Source: an uncultured archaeon
GTDB taxonomy: Archaea; Hadarchaeota; Hadarchaeia; Hadarchaeales; Hadarchaeaceae
Length of the DNA: 64,000 nt
Direction of reading: 5' to 3'
Assembly: GCA_937921735.1 (NCBI GenBank)
Contig: CAKZTQ010000032.1
Span: 12,083 to 76,082, forward strand
Shown: positions 8,844 to 18,798 of the stretch, one piece after another
Layout: every line of letters starts with the position of its first letter
Numbering within the stretch: the stretch's first letter is position 1
Program-made: the position numbers and the translations under genes
The notes under the pieces: generated by a model
Told to the model about the DNA's origin: nothing
Databases searched by the model: none
What the model saw: only the letters and a program-made list of their open reading frames with translations

Positions 8844-10406
8844 TCACCCTCCGCTCGGTTTGAGCTTGGTTGTGCGGGAGATCCAGCGAAGGTCGTTGCA
8901 GAAGACATCCCTGATGTCCTCGAGCCCAAGCCTCATCGCGATGAGCCTGGTGAGGCCTATCCCCCAAGCGAGCACCGGGCATCTAACGCCCAAGGGGCGG
9001 AGCACCTCCGGCCTGAACATACCCGCCCCTAAGATCTCGATCCACTCCCGCCTCCTGGGGTGGTACACGTCCGCCTCCACCGAGGGCTCGGTGAAGGGAA
9101 ACATGCCGGGCCTGAACCTCACCCTCTCGAAGCCCAGCTTGTTGATGATCAGCTTGAGGTACCCGAGCATGTCCCTAAGCGTCAGCCCCTCGTCCATAAC
9201 TATGCCCTCCGCTTGGTAGAACTCCGCGAGGTGTTTGTAGTCTATCTTCTCGTGCCTGTAGACGCGCCCGAGGCAGAAGACCTTCGCCGGGGGCTTGGGG
9301 TGCGACGCCAAGTAGCGGATGGTGGCGGCCGTGGTCTGCGAGCACATCACCGGTCTCCGGCTTATGTCGGCATCGAACTTGTAGCCCCAGCCCGTGGACC
9401 CTGCCACCCCCCGCTCGTGCGCGGAGGCCACCCGCTCCACCAGCGCTTCGGGGAGCCTAGCCCTCCCAGGCTTGGAGAGGGAGAGGCTGGCGTGGATTTC
9501 GCGGGCTGGGTGATCTTGGGCTTGGAAGAGCACGTCGAAGTTCCAGAACTCGGACTCCACGAGATTGCTCTTTATCTCGACGAACCCCATCTCCAGCAGG
9601 ATCTCCCTGAGCTCCTCGATGATCTCCTGCTGGGGGTGTAACCTGCCCGGCACGAGCTGCGGTCCTGGGGCGGCGACGTCGTAGCGCCTGAACTTCACCT
9701 CCCTCCAGCGACCGCTCACGAGCAGCTCCTGCGTGAGCTCGCTTACCTCCTCCACCAGCTCGAGGCCCAGCGCCAGGGCACGTTCGCCTGGCTCGGTCAG
9801 CGCGAGCCTTCTCTGCACCCTTTGCTCTACCTCGACCAGCCCTCGCCTCGCCAGCACGGCTAGCTCAGACCTCAAGTGGCTGGGGAGCTCCTCCACCTCC
9901 ACGCTTTTGAGGGCCAGTAGCTCCAAGAGTTCCTCGTCCTGCTGCTTTTTCCCCGCCGCCGCTTCGCCATCCCTCGTGGGGGCAAGCATCGTCCGCCCCG
10001 CCTGCTTGATGAACACCGCCCAGCCCTTCCTGCGCAGCCAACCCAGCGCTATCCGCATTTGTCCCTCCGTGAGCCCAGCGCGGCTAGCGGCCTCCTCGGG
10101 CGTGCAGGGGCCGAGCTCAAGCAGGGATCGAAGCATGCGTCGCTCCGGGAGGCCATCCTTGGCGTAGGCCAAGCCCTCCTCAGTCGCGGCAGCGAGCGTC
10201 CGCTTTCGCTCCTCGATTCTAATGAAGCCCAGCCCTTGAAGTGCGAGGGCCGCCCGCATCGCCGTCGCCGGCTCCAGGGCCGCCCGCCCGGCGACGTCGG
10301 CGATGTCCCCCTCGCCCCCGAGCTGCTGGAGCGCGAGCAGGACCTTCCTCTCATGGGTGCCCATGCTCTTGACGACTGCCTCGAGGTCCAACTTTCGCCC
10401 CCGCAC
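8844..10406 (-). CDS. pheS: Phenylalanyl-tRNA synthetase alpha subunit
   Basis: FWNFDVLFQAQDHPARE, EFYQAEG, FPFTEPS, GAGMFRPE, AWGIG. Confidence 0.97.
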   Translation of the reverse strand: MRGRKLDLEAVVKSMGTHERKVLLALQQLGGEGDIADVAGRAALEPATAMRAALALQGLGFIRIEERKRTLAAATEEGLAYAKDGLPERRMLRSLLELGPCTPEEAASRAGLTEGQMRIALGWLRRKGWAVFIKQAGRTMLAPTRDGEAAAGKKQQDEELLELLALKSVEVEELPSHLRSELAVLARRGLVEVEQRVQRRLALTEPGERALALGLELVEEVSELTQELLVSGRWREVKFRRYDVAAPGPQLVPGRLHPQQEIIEELREILLEMGFVEIKSNLVESEFWNFDVLFQAQDHPAREIHASLSLSKPGRARLPEALVERVASAHERGVAGSTGWGYKFDADISRRPVMCSQTTAATIRYLASHPKPPAKVFCLGRVYRHEKIDYKHLAEFYQAEGIVMDEGLTLRDMLGYLKLIINKLGFERVRFRPGMFPFTEPSVEADVYHPRRREWIEILGAGMFRPEVLRPLGVRCPVLAWGIGLTRLIAMRLGLEDIRDVFCNDLRWISRTTKLKPSGG

Positions 10407-10481
10407 AACTCAAAGCCTACCGTGCTATAAAAACTACCTCCAAAAAGTCTCGTCGAGGGTCAGCGGAGCCTTAACTTGCGG

Positions 10482-11468
10482 CTACGCTCGCCTGAAGTGC
10501 TCGTATCCACGGTCGGGCAATTCCTCCAATTTGCCATCCTTCTCGATGTAGACCCCGCGGCCCCTCTCCACGCGCCCGATCGCGGTCGCCGACGTGTCCA
10601 TGCGCTTCAGCGCCCACCGTATCCCTCGCCAACCCTCAGGGCGAGCCGTGAAGAGGAGCTCGAAATCCTCGCCCCCGAAGAGCGCGAACTCGCCCGCGTC
10701 TAACCCTCGCCGCTCGGCGAACTCCTCGACGAGGGGGTGAACGGGCACCCGCTTGAGGTCCAGGATGAGCTTGACCCCGCTCATCCTCGATATCTGCCAA
10801 AGGTTCGACGCTAGGCCATCGGTCACGTCTATGGCGGCGGTGACGTGGCCGCACTTGGCGAGCGCGATTCCCTCCCTCACCCTCGCTATCGGCTCGAGCT
10901 GGGCTCTGACGAGCTCCTCGTAGCCCCCGCTGGGCAGCTTTTCCAACAATATCCTTAGCCCAGCCGAGGCCGCGCCCAAGCTACCCGTGACGGCGATGAT
11001 ATCACCCGGTCTAGCTCCAGAGCGGGTTAGCAGCCTTCCTTTCCTCGCCACGCCGAAGGCCGCGCCGGCTATGATGATCTCCTCGCTTTCGTCGAGATCG
11101 CCGCCCACCACGTATGCCCCATATTTTCTGGCCGTAGCGTCCATGGTGCGGATCATCCTTTTAACGAACTCCACCTTTAGCTGGCGGGGCAGGCCCACGG
11201 AGAAGACTAGGCCCAGCGGCTCCGCCCCCATCGCGGCCAGGTCGCTGAGGTTGGCGACGACCGCCTTCGCCCCCATCTGCTCCGCGGTTGCGGCGGTTGG
11301 GAAGTGCTGGCTCGCGACCAGCATGTCCGTCGTGACCACTAGGTAGCGTCCGTCGATATCGATCGCAGCGGCGTCGTCGCCTATCCCCACTTCGACCTTG
11401 GGCCCCTTGACGCAGATCCTGCGCGCGAGTTCGATCAGGGCCCTCTCGCCCACATCGCTGAGCTTCAG
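10482..11468 (-). CDS. thiL: Thiamine-monophosphate kinase
   Basis: GIGDDAA, NLSDLAAMG, GGD, DVTDGL, GGEDFEL. Probable CTG start (LKLSDVGE) after a GAGGTGA SD. Confidence 0.93.
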   Translation of the reverse strand: MKLSDVGERALIELARRICVKGPKVEVGIGDDAAAIDIDGRYLVVTTDMLVASQHFPTAATAEQMGAKAVVANLSDLAAMGAEPLGLVFSVGLPRQLKVEFVKRMIRTMDATARKYGAYVVGGDLDESEEIIIAGAAFGVARKGRLLTRSGARPGDIIAVTGSLGAASAGLRILLEKLPSGGYEELVRAQLEPIARVREGIALAKCGHVTAAIDVTDGLASNLWQISRMSGVKLILDLKRVPVHPLVEEFAERRGLDAGEFALFGGEDFELLFTARPEGWRGIRWALKRMDTSATAIGRVERGRGVYIEKDGKLEELPDRGYEHFRRA

Positions 11469-11511
11469 GTTCTCACCTCACCGCTCCAAGTTTGCGCAAG
11501 TTCGCAAGGAG

Positions 11512-11868
11512 CTACAACAACGGCAGGTCGCCGGTTATCCCGTCGACGGCCTCGCTCGGCGCCGGGCCCACGGCCAAGACCGTCGTAGTGTTCGGGGGCA
11601 GCTCCGTCAGCCCGGCATCTCGGATGAGCTCGCATGGCAGGCCAAGTTTCCTCGCCCTTCCGTAAAGCTCCAGGAGCTCCTTTTCCCCCTTCACCTTCAC
11701 CACCACCTTTTTCTGACCCTCGACAAGCCACGCGTCCAGCCATTCCCTCCTTTCCAGCCTCGCTCGTTCAGCCGCCGCTACCGCGCCGTGCGCCACTTGG
11801 ACGGCTAGTTTCCCGGGGCTCATGTTCAGGTCCGTCCTGACGATTATCACTTGCTTGTACTTGAACAC
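11512..11868 (-). CDS. pth2: Peptidyl-tRNA hydrolase Pth2
   Basis: YKQVIIVRTDL-MSPGKLAVQVAH, GQKKVV, DAGLTE, VGPAP. Confidence 0.95.
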   Translation of the reverse strand: MFKYKQVIIVRTDLNMSPGKLAVQVAHGAVAAAERARLERREWLDAWLVEGQKKVVVKVKGEKELLELYGRARKLGLPCELIRDAGLTELPPNTTTVLAVGPAPSEAVDGITGDLPLL

Positions 11869-11869
11869 C

Positions 11870-12307
11870 TCAACCGCCCACCTGTTTTTCGTCCGGGGCT
11901 TGTCCAGCAGCGGGTTCTGGCTTTTGGAGCTCTTGCCCACCCCCTTCTGGCGCGGGTCCTGCTTGTGGCGGGGGTGGGGGTTTGGGCCTGCGCAGGGCCC
12001 GCATGGCAGCGCGCGCATAACCGAGCGGGACAGCGAGGCCCCCTCGCACGTATGCCGCGACTACACAGGCCGCACAGAACAGCAAGACCGTCCCGACGAA
12101 CGGAGCGAGGCGGAGCATCCTGATGTGGGGTAGGGCCAGCAGGACGCCGGCATAGATCACCACGAGCGCGCCGAGCCCGAGACTCAACGCTGCGCGGGAC
12201 CAAGGGTCCAAGCTCTCCCATCTGGGGAAGAGCACAAGGGTGAGCAAGAAGCCTGGAGCGAGCAGCAAGAATAAGCCCAGCAGGATGAGGCCAAATTGCT
12301 CAAGCAT
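11870..12307 (-). CDS. Membrane protein, DUF1616 N-terminal-like, with Pro-rich C-terminal tail
   Basis: PGFLLTLVLFP...R-ALS-GL; three hydrophobic helices. Confidence 0.6.
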   Translation of the reverse strand: MLEQFGLILLGLFLLLAPGFLLTLVLFPRWESLDPWSRAALSLGLGALVVIYAGVLLALPHIRMLRLAPFVGTVLLFCAACVVAAYVRGGLAVPLGYARAAMRALRRPKPPPPPQAGPAPEGGGQELQKPEPAAGQAPDEKQVGG

Positions 12308-12357
12308 TGACCCACGCTAGGTAGGATTATCTACTTGGGCTTTAAAACCATTGTCAG

Positions 12358-13554
12358 ATGTACGACGTCGCGATAGTGGGCGGGGGTCCTGTTGGCTGTT
12401 TCGCCGGCAAGTTGTTGGCCGAGCGTGGTCTCGACGTCGCCGTGATCGAGGAACATGCCGAGATAGGCCATCCCATGTGTTGCGCTGGTGTGGTGGGCGT
12501 CGGCGGCCTCCGCGAGCTGGGGATTAGACCGGGCAAGTGGGTGCTCAACGAACTTAGGGGTGCGAGGCTCTACCCGCCCTCGGGGAGCCCTGTGAGCTTG
12601 AGCCGGGGAAGGGTAGAAGCTCTGGTAATAGACCGTGCCGCTTTCGACAGGGAACTCGCGGCATCGGCTGCAAGGTCCGGCGCCCGCTTTCTCATGCGCA
12701 GCAGGTGCGTGGACATCTCGGTCGGCGAGCAGGTGAAGATCAAGGTCGAAACAGAGGGAAGGCTTCGCGAGATCGCCTCGCGCCTCGTCATAGGCGCAGA
12801 TGGTCCGAACTCCTTGGTCGCGCGCAAGGTCGGCCTTCTGAGGTCACGTCAGTTGATAAATTGCGCCCAGGCGGAGGCGATCGCCGACATCCATGCAGAG
12901 ACTGCCGAGGTGTACCTAGGCCGCAAATACGCGCCTGGCTTCTTCGCCTGGGTCGTGCCCGCTGGCGAGCTGTGCCGCGTAGGCGTCGGCACCGTTGAGG
13001 GTTCGGCCTTGGGGAAGCTCAAGAAGCTCTTGCGCGAGCACCCGGTCGTCTCGGAGAAGGTCGATGGGGACAAGCTCCTGCACCTCACGGCGGGGGCCAT
13101 CCCAAGGCCGTTGACGCGAGGGATGTACGCCGACGGGGTGATGTTGATCGGCGACGCCGCGGGGCAAGTGAAGCCCTTGACGGGGGGCGGGATATACATC
13201 GGCCTATCCTGCGCCAAGTTGGCGGCGGATGTTGCGGTCGAAGCCTTGGAGGAAGGCGACGTGAGCGCTAAGGTCCTGCGCAAGTACGAGGGGGCGGTTA
13301 GGGGGAAATTCGGTGGAGAGTTTGAGCTAGGCATGCGCGCTTGGCGGCTTTTCCTCGAGCTTTCCGACGAGGATCTGAGCTCCCTGCTTCGGGCGCTCGA
13401 GACACCGGATGTGAGGGCTACCCTGTTGGAGCAGGCCGATTTCGATCATCACGCCAAGGTCATCTCGGCCCTCGCGAAAAGGGGGCCGAGCTTGCTCCGC
13501 TCGCTCGGGTTAAGGAGGCTTGTGAGGTACACCAGCCACATGCTTAAAAAATAA
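12358..13554 (+). CDS. Geranylgeranyl reductase family FAD oxidoreductase
   Basis: GGGPVG, C-G, DRAAFD, IGADG, GFFAWVVP, IGDAAGQVKPLTGGGI. Confidence 0.9.
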   Translation: MYDVAIVGGGPVGCFAGKLLAERGLDVAVIEEHAEIGHPMCCAGVVGVGGLRELGIRPGKWVLNELRGARLYPPSGSPVSLSRGRVEALVIDRAAFDRELAASAARSGARFLMRSRCVDISVGEQVKIKVETEGRLREIASRLVIGADGPNSLVARKVGLLRSRQLINCAQAEAIADIHAETAEVYLGRKYAPGFFAWVVPAGELCRVGVGTVEGSALGKLKKLLREHPVVSEKVDGDKLLHLTAGAIPRPLTRGMYADGVMLIGDAAGQVKPLTGGGIYIGLSCAKLAADVAVEALEEGDVSAKVLRKYEGAVRGKFGGEFELGMRAWRLFLELSDEDLSSLLRALETPDVRATLLEQADFDHHAKVISALAKRGPSLLRSLGLRRLVRYTSHMLKK

Positions 13555-13761
13555 GGCGGAGATTCGACCCCTCGACTACTCTTCGGCAGGGCAATTGCAC
13601 CCCACCGCTTTTCGTCTCGGGGCCTTTTTCCCGCGGTTCTTGCCTCCGCGCCCACCACCGGGCGCATTAGCCTAGCCCTTCCCAAGTTCCCTTGGTTCCT
13701 GCAAGGCTCCCCGCCGCCCTTAGGCGCCGGTTCGGCCGTCACCGCGGGCTTCCTCTCCGCC
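13555..13761 (-). ncRNA. Putative structured non-coding RNA of unrecognised family (207 nt)
   Basis: Terminal helix GGCGGAGA/UCUCCGCC, nested CCCGCGGU/ACCGCGGG, CCAAG-GGAA-CUUGG and UGCGCCC/GGGCGCG. A-rich linkers; TATA-like TATTTAAG about 25 nt upstream. Confidence 0.65.
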
Positions 13762-14003
13762 AATTTTATTTTGAAAATTTTCCCTTAAATAACTGGTGGA
13801 ATGTCTTATTTCTGACCAAAGTGGACGATTTTCGCCCTGGATCAATCTGCTGGGGTGTGGCGTTTGTAATTTCCTCCCTTATCACGTCGCTACATCGACG
13901 AAGTTTTTGTTTATCGCAGATAGGCCTTATGCACCCCACGCGGCAGGAGCTGCTGACGGAGTGGGCTCTCCATGAATTTTATCCTTCAAATGCAATAATT
14001 AGC

Positions 14004-15023
14004 ATGATGCCCGCCAACCTACCTCCCGAATATCTGAAGGCGGAGGAGCGATACCTCCGCGCCAGGACGCTGGAGGAGAAGATCCTCGCGACGCAGGAGC
14101 TCATCCGCTTGGCCCCCAAGCACAAGGGCACCGAGAAATTGCTGAAGGTGCTCAAGAGGCGCCTGTCCAAGCTTCGCGAGGAGCTCCGCAGGCGGGAGAT
14201 GCGCCGGGTGGGAGGGGGCCCGAGCTTTCACGTCAAGAAGGAGGGTGTGGCACAAGTTGCGCTCGTAGGCGTCCCCAACTCAGGGAAGTCCACGTTGCTG
14301 AGGCAGCTAACGGGTGCCCAGCCGGAGGTAGCGGATTATCCCTTCACCACGCGCGAACCGGTGCCCGGTATGATGCAGTTCGAAGACGTGCAGGTACAGC
14401 TCGTCGAGATCCCCGCGATAATAGAAGGTTCGAGCTTGGGAAGGGGCCTGGGCGCCCGCCCCTTGAGCGCTGCCCGCAATGCCGATGCCATCGCCCTCGT
14501 GGTGGACGCCTCCAACGAGCCGCTGAGGCAGATGGAAACCCTCCTTTCTGAGCTCTGGGCGGCCGGCGTGCGGCTAAATAGATTTGCGGGAGAGGTAGTC
14601 GATGGGTTCGAGGAGCACAGCGAATCCCTCGTTGACAGACGCGCGGTTATCGTTGCGACGAAGGGGGATCTCCCTGGCGCTGAGGAAGGGTTCGAGTTGT
14701 TGTGCGGCAAATATGGCGAGAGGTTCCCGGCCGTCCTCGTTTCCCCCGTTGCGGGGAGTGGTCCGACGGAGGTCAAGCGTCTGATATTCGAGAGCTTGGG
14801 CCTCGTGCGGGTGTACACCAAGCGCCCAGACGAGCCACCATCCGAGCGCCCGTTGGTGTTGCCGAAGGGCTCCACCATCTTGGATGTAGCGAGGGCCGTC
14901 CACAAGGACATCGCAAGGGGGCTGAAATTCGCTAAGGTGTGGGGGTCCGCCCGCTTTCCCGGTCAACAGGTGCCTCGAGACTACGTGCTCCAAGACAAGG
15001 ACATCGTCGAGCTGCACGTGTGA
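14004..15023 (+). CDS. DRG/Obg-family GTPase with TGS domain
   Basis: PKHKGTEK, GVPNSGKST, YPFTT, VPGMM, C-terminal TGS domain (KVWG..F.GQ). True start about 14004-14007. Confidence 0.9.
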   Translation: MMPANLPPEYLKAEERYLRARTLEEKILATQELIRLAPKHKGTEKLLKVLKRRLSKLREELRRREMRRVGGGPSFHVKKEGVAQVALVGVPNSGKSTLLRQLTGAQPEVADYPFTTREPVPGMMQFEDVQVQLVEIPAIIEGSSLGRGLGARPLSAARNADAIALVVDASNEPLRQMETLLSELWAAGVRLNRFAGEVVDGFEEHSESLVDRRAVIVATKGDLPGAEEGFELLCGKYGERFPAVLVSPVAGSGPTEVKRLIFESLGLVRVYTKRPDEPPSERPLVLPKGSTILDVARAVHKDIARGLKFAKVWGSARFPGQQVPRDYVLQDKDIVELHV

Positions 15024-15032
15024 GGTCATAGC

Positions 15033-15791
15033 TTGCGGTCCTACGTAGACGCATGCGATGTCGAGCTCTTCGAGCTCAAGGGCCGAGAGTTGCCCGTGGC
15101 CATGCTCGGCACGAGTCCATTTTGCGGCGCCGGTCAGTTCGGCCCAAGGGCCGAGTTATATTACAGGACATTTTACGAACATCCCCAGAACATGGTCCGC
15201 CTGATCGTCGCGTCGACCGAGCTCGGCGTGCCTGCCGTCCACGTCGTCGCATATCCGAGGATTTGTTGGGCGGTCGCCGAGGCTTCGAGGGCGTGTGATA
15301 TCAAACTTTGCGTCTTGGGCACGATTGGCTTGCTCGACCCCATGGACGAACTCAAGCGTCTGCTCTCCCTGGGTGCGGTCGGGGTGGCAGTACATGCGGA
15401 CATCGTCGACCGCGACCCTAGCTCCGTGGAGCGATACGCGGCGGCGATACGCGACGGCGGGGCAGCGGTCGGCGTGGCCACACATCGCCCTTGGAAAACC
15501 CTGAGCAGGATCCGAGGGCTCGACTTGGATTTCGTGATGGCCCCCGTGAACAAGTCGGGCTACATGATGGGGCCTAGGCCCGGTGAAACGTTGGAACTCC
15601 TTCGTTCCTTGAAGGTGCCCATAATCGCCATCAAGCCCCTCGCGGCCGGCGAGCTAAGGCCCGGGGAAGCGCTCGAGTTCCTCCGCTCACGCGTCGACGC
15701 GGTAGCTGTGGGTATAGCGTCGGAGGAGGAGCTCATCGAAACTTGGCGGGCGGTAAAGGAGAACTTCACTCGCCGCGGAGGTACCTGGTGA
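15033..15791 (+). CDS. Aldo/keto-reductase-like TIM-barrel protein
   Basis: LGTSPF-GAGQFG, GVATH, APVN, IAIKPLAAG. Confidence 0.55.
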   Translation: MRSYVDACDVELFELKGRELPVAMLGTSPFCGAGQFGPRAELYYRTFYEHPQNMVRLIVASTELGVPAVHVVAYPRICWAVAEASRACDIKLCVLGTIGLLDPMDELKRLLSLGAVGVAVHADIVDRDPSSVERYAAAIRDGGAAVGVATHRPWKTLSRIRGLDLDFVMAPVNKSGYMMGPRPGETLELLRSLKVPIIAIKPLAAGELRPGEALEFLRSRVDAVAVGIASEEELIETWRAVKENFTRRGGTW

Positions 15792-16422
15792 TCTTCAGGA
15801 CGGCATCCGGCTTGCCCACGACCGTCACCAAATCTCCAGCCAATATCTCGGTTTCGCCCCTTGGGGGGATGAGGTCATCTCCCCTCGTTATCATCGCCAG
15901 CGTACAGCCCTTGGGGACGTTTATGTCCTTGATCCTCTGCCCCACCGCCTTGGAGTTGGGTCCGACGGTGACCTCCACCACCTCGCCCTTCCCGCCCCCT
16001 ATCCCTAGCAAGCCGTAGACGCCGGGGCCGCTCACGGCTTTCTCGAACAGCATCACCGCGGCGCTTATCAGGCTGACCGCTATGTCCACGCCCAGCTCCT
16101 CGAACATCCTCGCGTGCTTTTCGTCGTTCACCCTGGCGATGACACGTGGCACGCCCATCTTCTTCGCGAGCTCGCAGGCCATGAGGTTTACTTCGTCCGC
16201 CTGCGTGAGCGCCACTAGGACGTCCGCCCTATCCACCCCGGCATCCTTCAGGACGTCGATGTCGGCGCCATTGCCGTGGACGACGAGCACGTCGAGCTCA
16301 GCTGCAAGCTCGTGCGCCCGCCTCTCGTCCTTTTCTATGACCACCACGTTGTTACCCCTATCCGCGAGCCTCTTGGCGAGCTTTGAACCGGTCTGTCCGC
16401 CGCCTACAATTATAATATACAT
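15766..16422 (-). CDS. trkA: TrkA-family potassium uptake regulatory subunit (RCK N+C)
   Basis: IIVGGGQTG Rossmann motif, DEVNL, TrkA-C domain. Confidence 0.9.
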   Translation of the reverse strand: MYIIIVGGGQTGSKLAKRLADRGNNVVVIEKDERRAHELAAELDVLVVHGNGADIDVLKDAGVDRADVLVALTQADEVNLMACELAKKMGVPRVIARVNDEKHARMFEELGVDIAVSLISAAVMLFEKAVSGPGVYGLLGIGGGKGEVVEVTVGPNSKAVGQRIKDINVPKGCTLAMITRGDDLIPPRGETEILAGDLVTVVGKPDAVLKITRYLRGE

Positions 16423-16485
16423 CGGATCGCCTCTGCATCGGTGCCGTTATAAAGCACGATGTTCATCTATGGTAGGAGGGTTTAA

Positions 16486-17004
16486 ATGCCTATCCGACCG
16501 GCTCGCACCTATAGGTATTTCAGCGGCCCCGCGTACACGCGCAGGGAATACGTCAAGGGCGTGCCGGGGCTACGGGTTACCTTCTTCGACATGGGAAACC
16601 CGAAGGGCGATTTCCCCATCGAGATCTCCCTGATCTCCAAGGAGGCCGGCCAGATAAGGCACAACGCCCTAGAGGCTGCCAGGGTCGCGGCCAACCGCCT
16701 CCTGGAGACTAGGGTGGGCAAGAGCAACTACCACCTCAAGCTTCGCGTATATCCCCACCACGTGTTGCGGGAGAACCCAATGGCGGTGGGCGCTGGGGCG
16801 GACAGGATCTCCGACGGCATGCGCTTGGCCTTCGGCAGGCCCATAGGCGCCGCCGCTAGGGTCCACGCGGGACAAAGGTTGATGACCGTTCGCGTGGGGA
16901 AGGAATTCGCCCCCATAGCGAAGGAGGCGCTGCGCCGGGCCGCGGGGAAGTTGCCGATGCCTTGCAGCCTTCAGGTGGAGAAAGGGCAGGAACTACTCCA
17001 GTGA
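16486..17004 (+). CDS. rpl10e: 50S ribosomal protein uL16 (L10e)
   Basis: [38 protein letters not shown]. Confidence 0.97.
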   Translation: MPIRPARTYRYFSGPAYTRREYVKGVPGLRVTFFDMGNPKGDFPIEISLISKEAGQIRHNALEAARVAANRLLETRVGKSNYHLKLRVYPHHVLRENPMAVGAGADRISDGMRLAFGRPIGAAARVHAGQRLMTVRVGKEFAPIAKEALRRAAGKLPMPCSLQVEKGQELLQ

Positions 17005-17868
17005 GCTAGCCATCGCCGCGAGCAGCTCATATATTATCTTTGCCGCTGCGAAGGCCGTGGTGCCGTTGTCGTGGGGCGGGGTGAGCTCCACCACATCGAA
17101 GGCGAGGATTTTCAGCTTGCCCAGCTCGCGCACCAGCTTCAGCAGGTCGAGCGTCGATAACCCTCCAGGCTCCGGTGTGCTCACGCCCGGCGCGAAGGCG
17201 GGGTCGAGGACGTCGAGGTCCACTGTCAGGTAAACGGGGGAGCCGCCGACTTGCTCTTTTAGCTCGGCGGCAACTTCGGCCGGGTCTTTCAGCACCTCCT
17301 CGCTCGTATAGGTCTTGAGCTCTATCGAGTCGGCGAATTCCGCCTCCTCCTTGGAACAAGAGCGAACGCCCACTTGGAGCAAACGCTCGGCCGGTAGGCG
17401 ATCGAGGACCCTCCGCATCACCGTCGCGTGGCAGAGCCTATCGCCCAGGTACTCGTCGCGCAGGTCGCGATGGGCATCGAGTTGTATCACGGTCACATCG
17501 TCGAGGGCTTGAAGCGAGAAGTATGTAAGCGTATGCTCCCCCCCAAGCAGGGCCGGTATCTTTCCGTCGTCGTTCACGCGCTTGACCAGCGCCGAGATCC
17601 TCTCCCCAGTTGTCTCTAGATCGGTGGTTGTGATCATGAGATCCCCGAGGTCGGAGATGCTGAGCTTTTCGAAGACATCGAGTCCGGCCGAGGTTACGTA
17701 GGTCTCCAGGTTTGCGGATGCCTCGCGTATCCTCGCCGGCCCGAAACGGCAGCCGGAGCGATAGCTGGAGGTGATGTCGAGCGGGATGCCGGCGAACACC
17801 ACTTTCGCCCGCTCGTAGGGCTCGTCGAAGCCGCCAAAGCCCGGGCGGACGGGCGTCATGGCTTTCAT
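16993..17868 (-). CDS. speB: Agmatinase
   Basis: [35 protein letters not shown]. Confidence 0.93.
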   Translation of the reverse strand: MKAMTPVRPGFGGFDEPYERAKVVFAGIPLDITSSYRSGCRFGPARIREASANLETYVTSAGLDVFEKLSISDLGDLMITTTDLETTGERISALVKRVNDDGKIPALLGGEHTLTYFSLQALDDVTVIQLDAHRDLRDEYLGDRLCHATVMRRVLDRLPAERLLQVGVRSCSKEEAEFADSIELKTYTSEEVLKDPAEVAAELKEQVGGSPVYLTVDLDVLDPAFAPGVSTPEPGGLSTLDLLKLVRELGKLKILAFDVVELTPPHDNGTTAFAAAKIIYELLAAMASSLE

Positions 17869-17965
17869 CCCATCACCCTTCGAGTGTAGACCTCAAGGGC
17901 TATGAAGCTTTCCAAGACCTAGCAATTTAAAGTCGAACACCTCTACCTAAAGCACGGAGGTGTTC

Positions 17966-18523
17966 ATGGCGAAGATCGATGTGGATGCGAGCCTCGCCCC
18001 GAGGTTGTTCGCCCCTAGGTTGACGGTGCTGGTGACCTCCCTCGACAAAAAGGGCAGGGCGAACATCATAACCCTCTCTTGGGCCATGCCGACCTCCTTT
18101 GACCCACCCTTAGCGGCGATAAGCGTGGGAAAGCGGAGGTACTCCCACGAGCTCATCGAGGGCTGCAGGGAGTTCGTGGTGAACATCCCCTCGCAGGACA
18201 TCTTGGAAAAAGTCCAACTTTGCGGCTCCCGCTCGGGTAGAAACGTGGACAAGTTCGCCGAAAGCGGCCTGACGCAGCTCCCGAGCAAAAAGGTCAAGCC
18301 ACCCAGGATAAAGGAGTGCGTCGCCCACCTCGAGTGCAAGCTCGTCGATAGCCTGAGTACAGGAGATCACACCATTTTCATCGGCGAGGTGGTGGCAGCC
18401 TCCGTCGACGAGGAAGCGTTCGACGGAATGGAAAAGTGCATAAAGTTGGAGACCTTTAAGCCCATCCTCCACCTGACCGGCCCGTACTTCACCACTTCGA
18501 CGAGCGTGAGGCAAATAAACTAG
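17966..18523 (+). CDS. Flavin reductase-like (DIM6/NTAB, flavoredoxin) protein
   Basis: PP-AISV, EFVVNIP, CGSRSGR-VDKF, LEC, GDHTIFIGEV. Confidence 0.9.
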   Translation: MAKIDVDASLAPRLFAPRLTVLVTSLDKKGRANIITLSWAMPTSFDPPLAAISVGKRRYSHELIEGCREFVVNIPSQDILEKVQLCGSRSGRNVDKFAESGLTQLPSKKVKPPRIKECVAHLECKLVDSLSTGDHTIFIGEVVAASVDEEAFDGMEKCIKLETFKPILHLTGPYFTTSTSVRQIN

Positions 18524-18529
18524 ATCTCG

Positions 18530-18543
18530 TAGTGCGGGGGTGG
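18530..18543. repeat. Degenerate copy of the tRNA-Leu 3' end (possible att site)
   Basis: TAGTGCGGGGGTGG versus TGGTGCGGGGGCGG at 20004-20017 (12/14 identical); the two copies bracket a lower-GC segment. Confidence 0.4.
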
Positions 18544-18798
18544 TCAACTAGAAAGAGTTCGAGATACCCCCATCTCCTTAGCTTCGACGTTGATCTGAAG
18601 TTGTTTGAGTTCCTCGTCTATGTTCGTCTCTTTTAATATTCCCGCAAGAATCTCTGGTGCCTTTCGCGTGAATCCCTCAATCACCCGCCACCAGATCGTC
18701 TGCCATGTTGACTTAGCGTGGATGGGACAAAACGATCGCTATGATAGACCGAGAGGCAAAACTTATGTTACGGCTGAGTTTAAACGGATGGATGGTAC

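Noticed and set aside
13692-14003. Long N-terminal extension of the DRG GTPase in the ORF track
   Set aside because: The family-typical N-terminus (MPANLPPE) begins at about 14004-14007; the upstream part overlaps a promoter and the candidate ncRNA.
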